64,000 nt of DNA from a virus (lineage: Duplodnaviria; Caudoviricetes). The position numbers and the translations under genes are program-made. Positions 57,410 through 64,000 of the stretch are shown one piece after another. Under the pieces are notes generated by a model. It made no database searches, was not told the origin of the DNA, and worked only from the letters and a program-made list of their open reading frames with translations. Numbering within the stretch: the stretch's first letter is position 1; each line of letters starts with the position of its first letter. The stretch is taken from positions 7,950-71,949 of IMG/VR virus record IMGVR_UViG_3300044708_000078; one strand, written 5' to 3'.

Positions 57410-60400
57410 CGTTGCTCCTTCACCATCTGAATACTCCGCTCCCTTTCAACCATCGTCGAGTAGCCCGTTCGCGTTATACCAGTCGTAGTCATCAACTAGA
57501 TTTTCATCGTCAATCTCCAGCGACGAGTGACACTGGCTGCATTCACCAAGCTCGACATCTGCCTTAGTCAACTGCGCGTTGCAATTAAGGCAGTGGCCTG
57601 CGTGGTACTCGTCGTCAGGTTCCAGTATGCGTTCTCGTAGCCGTTCGCGGAGTCGGTCGGTGTTGACCATCGTTGCTTACCCTTTTTGCCCGCAGTTGTC
57701 AGCGCACGGGCTAAGTCCACATTCAAAGCAGACGCTTGGCGAAGGACTGAATTTCTTCAATCCCGCATCCATCCCATGCGGCGGTGACTGGAGTTGTGTG
57801 ATAGCAGCTAGAACGGCACACCTGAACGCATAGCGATGTTCGGTCTGCGCCTCTGACTCGTCATCGGGATCGAAGTGCCACGGACGGCCGTTCCAGCCTG
57901 CATCTATTACGTCGTCAATCGCGTAGCCAATAACGGTAAACGATGCGTATCGTCCATCTTCGGCAATCGCCGTCAGGATGCGCCGAGCTATAGATGAGTC
58001 AAGCCTAGTCACCTGACGTTCCCGCTCGTTGATGTTCCGGCACCAGTCGCACGGACCACCGTCAGAACCGAGGGCACACGTGGTAGAGTCGTGGATACCG
58101 GACATCGTGGCGGCATGCTGCTGGTTGTTTGTCATTTCGTCTCCTGTTCCCTTTCCGCAGACTTCCCGCAAAATGGACAGAAGTTGACGACTAAAGTGAT
58201 TGGTTTCTGTCCGCGCGGTTTCTTTGCCGGGTCTTTCCAGTGAGTCGAGATCGATAGCGTGACGCCGCCGGGATTACTGAGAATCAGCATCGTATCGAGC
58301 GCCATGTTTCGCTCAGCCAGATTCTCGTTGACGTTCGTAATGCAGTCGCAGTTCATTTACTTCGTCTCCTGTGGGCCATCAACTAGAGCAAGAGCAGCGT
58401 CGATAGCCGCGATGGCGTCAGGTGCTTTTGCGCCGGGTATCCACGGATGCGCTTCGTTATCAAGCGGTATTAACTTGCCCTTATGGGTGTACGCACCGGC
58501 CTGTGCGTCTTCAAAGAACCGCGCTCGCAGTTCTTTCAATGCTTCGTAGAGCGCGGGCGCAGCGGCAATCAACCGTGCGTCAGCCCATGCCCTTGCCTCA
58601 ATAGTCAGACGCTCCGAGCCGTGAATAGACGGTCGCAGTGATACCTCACAGACATGTCCATCCTGCGGACCAATGTGAAGAACCGTGCGGGCCTTTTTAA
58701 TCTGCCATTTTCCCGGGGTGAACTTCGCCTGCTCGCCAGAAGGTATTACTTCTTCCTGTTTAGTTTCGCTGTTGCGCGTAGTCATTGGTTTGTACCCCTG
58801 ATAGCCGATGCGATTATTCGTAGATGTCTCGGTTTCTATCTTCTAAGACGGCCCTGCATTCCGCTTTGAGATCAAATAGTTCACGGTCAGCGGGCATTTT
58901 CGCTTGACGTAACGCCGCGAAGACGCAAACCGGACAGTCATCTGCTTGCTTGCGCAGCACTGGCATTGCTTCCGTGAGCGCCGCGTAAAACGGCGACGGC
59001 TTACCGTGCCGCATCTCATCATTCGTGCGCGTGTCTGGCATGTTCGGATCGGGCAATAACGCTATCAACTGCTCAAGTGGCGTGTGGCGCGTTTCTAAGA
59101 CCTCACACATGCGACAGACGCGTCCGGGGTTATTCGTGCAGTGCTCCTCATGCTCCCTCATTGCCGCAGCGTGACAATTTGCCTTCTTGCAGAAATCGCA
59201 GTAATAGCGCCAGACTCTCTTCTTTCTCATTTCTTTTCCGCTTTTCGATTCCGCCGGATCTGCTGCTTGCACGTGTGCGGCTTGTCGCGCTCGATCCACG
59301 CCCAACAATCGGCGCATTGCACTTTATCGCCAGTCTTCGTTGCCATAATTGAACCTCTCTCAATTTCAGCGAATAGCTCGCGCCTTGTACCTCCTAAGAC
59401 TCGTTAGGTTCGTGGCACCACGCTATCTCCGTTGGCCCTCCATCCGAAGGGTGACTATTTAACTCTGTCTGCATTTCTGGAAGCGGCTCTGTATGGCATT
59501 GTTCGTGCTCACGACAATCCGTCAGATTCTCAAAAGTCATCCCACACCATCGACATGGTATTTTTTCCCAATTCATCGCCGCCTCCCTATCCAGTTTCAG
59601 CGAATAGCTTGGTTTCCGAAATCGCCGATCTCTCAATTCAAAACAAGCGGAGCGTTTAAAGTGACCGATTCCTAACGCTGGAATTTCTTGTCCCAGCGCC
59701 AACGTAATTCAGGCAATATTTGTCCTGCCGTACCCTGGCGCGTCCACGTATTACACGGCGGGCCATCGCGTCGCTCGATGCGGCTCACAAGCACCTGCGT
59801 TGTAACGCGGGCCGTTGATCCGTTGCGTGAGTCGAATTCTTGCCACGCCGCCTCTTTAGCCTCGCTAAGTGTTCTCTTCTGAAATACAGCAACGCGCCGC
59901 TTGGGTCCGAAAACCTCAACGAGATAATCGCCGTCATTGAGCCAGTCCCGTCGCGAATCGTCATGCGCGTGCATATTTGCTCTCCCTCTACCTTTCTGAA
60001 TCTTCTGCTGCCTTAACTAACCCGACACTTGTCGCATAGGATCGTTTTGTGGACCATGCTCTGCCTTTGCGTAACAGCCAACCCCTGATCGCCGCATTCA
60101 ACGCAACTGGTGGGCACAAGCCAGAACTTGCCCTTGTCGTAAAGTCGCGGAGGGTTAGGCGGGCCCGGGACGGGCTTTCGGCAGTTTAGATGGGTCGCGC
60201 TGCGAATAGAGCCATCGTTATACAGCATCGTGTCGTATTCGCCTCCGCATCTGTCGCAGTTCAGTTCGGGTAATCTTACGAGTGCCATTAGTTCCCCTTC
60301 ACGAAGATTTCAACAACGCGGTCATAGCAGTTCATGCCGCGCACGATGTAACCGCGACCGTGCGTCCAGAACGTCACTAGCCCGTAGTCCATGTGGTACT

Positions 60401-60889
60401 TGTTGGCAATGTCGGAGATGGCCGCATGTAGATCGTCGCGGTGGCGGGCGGTGATGGCGTCAACCTCGTGATCGTACTTGTTCATGGTTATCTCCTTTTC
60501 GAAGCCTCTGCGCTCTTTGCCAGCTTCGCAATTGCTATCTCGCTGTAACGTCTCTTCCGTGCATTCGAGATCAACTTGTGGTGCTTCAAAACTAACTTGA
60601 GTGTCGGCACGTCAATAGTTTTCATTTTCTTTCTCCGTGGGAATTGAAGTAGCTCTGCCATTCGGTGTTACCTCTGAACTCTTAGCTGCGTCGTATACCG
60701 CCGCTGAGAGGTTCCCTAACAGCAGCCGTGTAGAAACGCACAGCCCATCCGCCGCCTTTTCCCAATCCTTCGCGCGCGGCCTCTGCATGCAGCTAGCCCA
60801 CTGCCTGAGAAGCGTTCGCATGTCATCGTTGACGGGTGCCAGCAGGCGGTCCACTTCGGCAATGTAACGCTCGTGTGTTTCTGTCTTGG

Positions 60890-61093
60890 TCATTAGCGTG
60901 TCTCCTTCACCGTCTCAACGCTGACTACTTGCCCCGAGTACCGTCCGACTTTTCGGCCCCTGCTAACGGCAGCGCGGGCATGTCTCTCTGACCGAGCCGT
61001 GATAGTCACCGTCGAACCATCCTTGAACGCAACTTTGAATTCCTGGCTCTGCTTGCTTTCGGTTTGTCGCGTCTGCGTCATTAGCGTGTCTCC
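60890..61093. repeat. Duplicated RBS+start element (- strand GGAGACACGCTAATGA)
   Basis: TCATTAGCGTGTCTCC at 60890-60905 and 61078-61093. Confidence 0.85.
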
Positions 61094-61108
61094 CTGTCAG
61101 CGAACCGC

Positions 61109-61136
61109 AGTATACACCCTGTCTACGGAATTGCAA
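61109..61136 (-). promoter_or_regulatory. Leftward early sigma70 promoter
   Basis: TTGCAA, 16 nt spacer, TATACT; AT-rich upstream; first gene has a GGAGA RBS. Confidence 0.7.
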
Positions 61137-61188
61137 GGATTATTTTCAACTCGTATTCTGTCAATTTGACCGTATACACGACGTAGAC
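61110..61188. promoter_or_regulatory. Two 17-bp pseudo-palindromic operators
   Basis: GTATAC-ACCCT-GTCTAC 61110-61126 and GTATAC-ACGAC-GTAGAC 61172-61188. Confidence 0.65.
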
Positions 61189-61194
61189 GAATAT
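61166..61194 (+). promoter_or_regulatory. Rightward promoter (putative)
   Basis: TTGACC, 17 nt spacer (= operator 2), weak -10 GAATAT. Confidence 0.4.
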
Positions 61195-61210
61195 GGTAAC
61201 CTGCGCGTCG

Positions 61211-61414
61211 ATGTTCTTTAGCCTGACAGAATCCGCCAACCGCATCGGCATCAGCAGAGCGTGGCTATACCGCAAGTACCTTCCGCGCTACAGGCCGATA
61301 GTGATCGCCGACCATCCCATGCTATCAAGGGAGCAAATCGCACAGATTAAGGCGGAAATCAAGGCTGACGAGCGTCAAAAGCAGTCCAACGGCAACGGTC
61401 ACAATCGCAAGTAA
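61211..61414 (+). CDS. Small HTH (Cro/Xis-like) DNA-binding protein
   Basis: SLTESANRIGISRAWLYRKY; alternative ATG at 61193. Confidence 0.7.
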   Translation: MFFSLTESANRIGISRAWLYRKYLPRYRPIVIADHPMLSREQIAQIKAEIKADERQKQSNGNGHNRK

Positions 61415-61423
61415 CCACAATCA

Positions 61424-62683
61424 ATGTCATCCCCACATCTGGAAGCACGTAACCGCTTTCTTGCCAAGTGTGACAAGTCCCTGTGCTATGGGTTGGGCGA
61501 ATGGCGCAGATACAATGGCGGCGCGTGGGTCGCTGTATCGGAATTGGAGGTAAGGAAACAGGTACAATTCGTTGCCGCGAAGACTCCAAAGGTAACGGTG
61601 ACCAACAGCGTTGTTTCATCCGTCACCGAGTTGGTACGGCAATGTGTGGCTGTGTCCGACCTCCTATTTGACGCAAACCCGAACATCATCGTCTTTCGCG
61701 ACTGTGTACTTGACCTCCAGACATGGACGACGGTGCCGCACTCTCGCGAGCACTACGCCACAAGTAAACTGCCATTCAACTACGACCCTGACGCTCGACT
61801 TGATGAGTGGGAGCGGTTCCTGCTCCACTTGCCCTATCCCGACTTTATGCGGCGCTTCGCTGGGCTGTGCATGACGCCGGAGACGAAGTACGAGACGGCG
61901 TTATGGCTCTGGGGGCCGCCCGGCGGCGGTAAGTCAACCTACATCGAGGCGTTGTGCGCCATGCTCGGAGCGAAGGCTTGCGTGCTGGGATTAAGTGAAA
62001 TTGAGCGCTCCCAATTCGCGCTTTCACAGTTACCAGGGCGCACGCTGGCTGTCTCAACTGAATTACCCGGACGGCTCGTGCGCGCTTCGCATATCATCAA
62101 CGCCATTATCAGCGGCGAACTAATGCCGGTCGAGCGAAAGTACCATGATCCTTACACCATCCGACCACACGCAAAAATCATCTGGGGTATGAACGTGTTG
62201 CCGTCAATCGGCATGGAAGGTATCGGCATATTCCGGCGCATCTTCCCTGTCCACTTCCCCGCTGTACCGGAAGCCGAGCGCGATCCAAAACTCAAGGAAG
62301 CCATCCTTTGCTCGCCAATGGCTGTCGCAAACTGGGCGCTCGGTGGCCTTCGTCAAGTCCAGTCAGACAGCTCGCTTCACGTCCCGGCTGAACTGCTCGC
62401 TGCTCGTGACTCCTATCGTGAATCGAACGACCTGACCCTGAACTTCGTCAACGAGTGCTGTGAAAAAGACCCGGAAAAGCAGGTAAAAATGACAACTCTA
62501 TACCTAAAATTCAAGGTCTGGGCGACACGAACCGGACATCGAGCACGAACCATCCAGGAATTTAAGGCTGATCTTGATCGTCTCGGATTTACGCACATCC
62601 GACCTCATAATGTTAGCTACTGGAAGGGTTTAATGCTCGTCGATGATTCTGAACTCGACTCTGACATTGTAATTGACGACTGA
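61424..62683 (+). CDS. D5/P4-family SF3 helicase (no primase domain)
   Basis: D5_N-like NIIVFRDCVLDL...HSREHYATSKLPFNYDP; Walker A LWGPPGGGKSTY; KIIWGMNVLP; C-terminal winged helix. Confidence 0.88.
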   Translation: MSSPHLEARNRFLAKCDKSLCYGLGEWRRYNGGAWVAVSELEVRKQVQFVAAKTPKVTVTNSVVSSVTELVRQCVAVSDLLFDANPNIIVFRDCVLDLQTWTTVPHSREHYATSKLPFNYDPDARLDEWERFLLHLPYPDFMRRFAGLCMTPETKYETALWLWGPPGGGKSTYIEALCAMLGAKACVLGLSEIERSQFALSQLPGRTLAVSTELPGRLVRASHIINAIISGELMPVERKYHDPYTIRPHAKIIWGMNVLPSIGMEGIGIFRRIFPVHFPAVPEAERDPKLKEAILCSPMAVANWALGGLRQVQSDSSLHVPAELLAARDSYRESNDLTLNFVNECCEKDPEKQVKMTTLYLKFKVWATRTGHRARTIQEFKADLDRLGFTHIRPHNVSYWKGLMLVDDSELDSDIVIDD

Positions 62684-62687
62684 GACA

Positions 62688-62786
62688 GGTTAGGTGAGGT
62701 TAGGGTGCTTTTCTATTGTAGTTGTATTAGAATCAGACGCGTACAATAAGGGGTACAATAGAAATCGTGGCTAACCTACCCTAACC
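62688..62786. other. Origin-like nested inverted repeats
   Basis: GGTTAGGTGAGGTTAG 62688-62703 with CTAACCTACCCTAACC 62771-62786; TTTCTATTGTA 62710-62720 with TACAATAGAAA 62754-62764; AT-rich core. Confidence 0.55.
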
Positions 62787-62958
62787 ATAAACACCGTTTA
62801 ACCAGTCGTAGCAACCTCCTCCACCACTTCACCGGCCTCTGCTCGGCACTGATGACGCGCTTCAATCTCCTTGTCGTCTCCTCGTCCACAGGGAAGCGCA
62901 TCGAGAGCTTGCCGGGGTTGCGTCGAGTCTGGGTGATGTCGTCGGTCGTGGTGATCAT
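62776..62958 (-). CDS. Small hypothetical protein
   Basis: ATGA overlap with the MTase stop; GGAGG RBS. Confidence 0.45.
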   Translation of the reverse strand: MITTTDDITQTRRNPGKLSMRFPVDEETTRRLKRVISAEQRPVKWWRRLLRLVKRCLWLG

Positions 62959-63575
62959 CGTAGTCCTCCCCACTGTTCAGCCATTGCGTCGGCAATCCCC
63001 TGAAACGTCCGACTACGCTCCTTCCAGCGGTTCTCCGTTCTTGGCAGCCAGTGAAGACGCTGAGCGTCGGCTTTATTCTCAGGGAGCGCAACGATGTCTG
63101 TTGCCCGCAACAGCGGCAGGTTACGTAACCACAGGCAGGTTGCTTTCCTTTCAGTGTGACCGAACTGATATGGCTGAATGGTCTGTGTCGGTTCGCCCAT
63201 GATTAGCCTTGCATCTCGGTAGGGGATCGGGTTCTCACCGGCGATACGCAGAATCGGGGAGCTTAACAGACGGCGAAAACATCGCGCTGAATGTCGCATG
63301 GCTCGATAGCGCGGGTAGCCGTAGAGAATATCCGGCTTTGGTTTCTTTGGACGATTAAAGAACCAGCCTGCCTGTGCCCGCGTCAGATAAGTGCAGGGCC
63401 AGTGGAAGATTAGTAAGTCCCAGTCGCGATCCAGCACGGTGAACACATCGCATTGCAGGTGCCAGCGCGAATCGCCCTCGCTCGGCAGCAGGTCACAGCT
63501 CCAAGCGTCGTGGCTCCGTGCTCGAAAAGCGTCACGTACTACGCCGCTAAACTCGCAACCTACAAGTACCTTCAT
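62955..63575 (-). CDS. Short phage C5-cytosine DNA methyltransferase-like protein
   Basis: MKVLVGCEFSG (motif I-like), SCDL, DLLIFHWPCTYL (catalytic PC), ENPI, QPYQFGH, RSRTFQGIADAMAEQWG. Confidence 0.75.
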   Translation of the reverse strand: MKVLVGCEFSGVVRDAFRARSHDAWSCDLLPSEGDSRWHLQCDVFTVLDRDWDLLIFHWPCTYLTRAQAGWFFNRPKKPKPDILYGYPRYRAMRHSARCFRRLLSSPILRIAGENPIPYRDARLIMGEPTQTIQPYQFGHTERKATCLWLRNLPLLRATDIVALPENKADAQRLHWLPRTENRWKERSRTFQGIADAMAEQWGGLR

Positions 63576-63781
63576 GTCAGCAGCGCCTTTACCTCTGCTT
63601 TGGTCTTGCCTCTGAACCACAGGACACTTCTAAAGCATTCGTCTATTTCCGACCAGTCCCATTCGGAGAAGTCAGGACAGGCGTAGTTGTACAGGTTGTC
63701 CGCTACCCACTTGGCCTCGTCGGCTGACATTTTCAGCACTGAAGCGCAACGGTTAGCTATTTGGTTATCATTCATTGACAA
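63572..63781 (-). CDS. Small hypothetical protein
   Basis: AAGGA RBS; overlaps the MTase start. Confidence 0.6.
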   Translation of the reverse strand: MSMNDNQIANRCASVLKMSADEAKWVADNLYNYACPDFSEWDWSEIDECFRSVLWFRGKTKAEVKALLT

Positions 63782-63875
63782 TCGAAGTTTCCTTTCATCT
63801 ACCTACTGGTTGCTGTGATAGCGATTCCTAAGGCGCTAGGGCGGTCAGGAGACGTTTTTCCCGCTCGACTGGCTT

Positions 63876-63887
63876 CCCCCCCCCCCC
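63876..63887. repeat. C12 homopolymer
   Basis: 12 consecutive C in non-coding DNA. Confidence 0.9.
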
Positions 63888-64000
63888 TGCTTAACCCCCG
63901 GGAAAACACCTTATAGGTCAATTCTGTCCAAAGTTGCTGAAAACCCCAGCAAAATCGAGGTTTCTTAGGCGAGTCTTAACGTCGCTCGCCACGACGACTT

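Larger units (their letters stand above)
52431..61081 (-). other. Array of ~25 small modular early genes
   Basis: Tiled - strand ORFs including 52431-52685, 52734-53333, 53330-53551, 53665-54291, 54288-54878, 55038-55280, 55329-55502, 55621-55848, 56248-56472, 56472-56867, 57446-57670, 57677-58134, 58132-58356, 58357-58785, 58814-59230, 59672-59974, 60013-60288, 60288-60485, 60488-60610, 60612-60893 and 60893-61081. Confidence 0.6.

Noticed and set aside
61082-61414. Lysogeny module (integrase, CI repressor, attP)
   Set aside because: No tyrosine or serine recombinase motifs and no S24-type repressor were seen; lifestyle cannot be determined from this window.
1-64000. Genome-wide stop-codon reassignment (TAG or TAA to Gln)
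   Set aside because: Many genes end in TAA or TAG exactly at coupled junctions (e.g. TAATG at 671-675 and 24172-24176), and the long core genes have no internal stops. Only isolated cases remain.

Overview
A 64-kb slice of a tailed dsDNA phage genome with a short-tailed (podovirus-like) organisation. No tape measure, tail tube or sheath, integrase, DNA polymerase, endolysin, tRNA or CRISPR array was recognised in the window. Layout: (1) 1-44.2 kb, + strand late genes: internal/ejection proteins (one of 1684 aa with an N-terminal Rpf-like transglycosylase domain), an intein-containing terminase large subunit, portal, scaffold, major capsid, adaptor- and nozzle-like proteins, many fibre/decoration proteins, a glycosyltransferase + acetyltransferase module, two signal-peptide-bearing fibre/beta-helix proteins and a membrane/lysis-type cluster. 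Two intact HNH endonuclease genes and one frameshifted HNH gene are inserted here. (2) 44.4-61.1 kb, - strand early genes: RusA-like resolvase, SSB-like protein, AAA ATPase, PD-(D/E)XK nuclease, DEDD exonuclease and dozens of tiny, often Cys-rich, translationally coupled ORFs with repeated boundary sequences. (3) 61.1-64 kb: a divergent promoter region with two 17-bp operators, an HTH protein, an SF3/D5-type helicase followed by an ori-like inverted repeat, and a C5 methyltransferase-like gene. The most striking unexplained element is a 98-aa ORF (10951-11247) that joins a twin-arginine-type signal to a ~60-aa segment homologous to this phage's own major capsid protein (18/35 identical, ungapped). 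All assignments come from motif reading by eye; no searches were run. The host is unresolved (a diderm soil bacterium is an inference).
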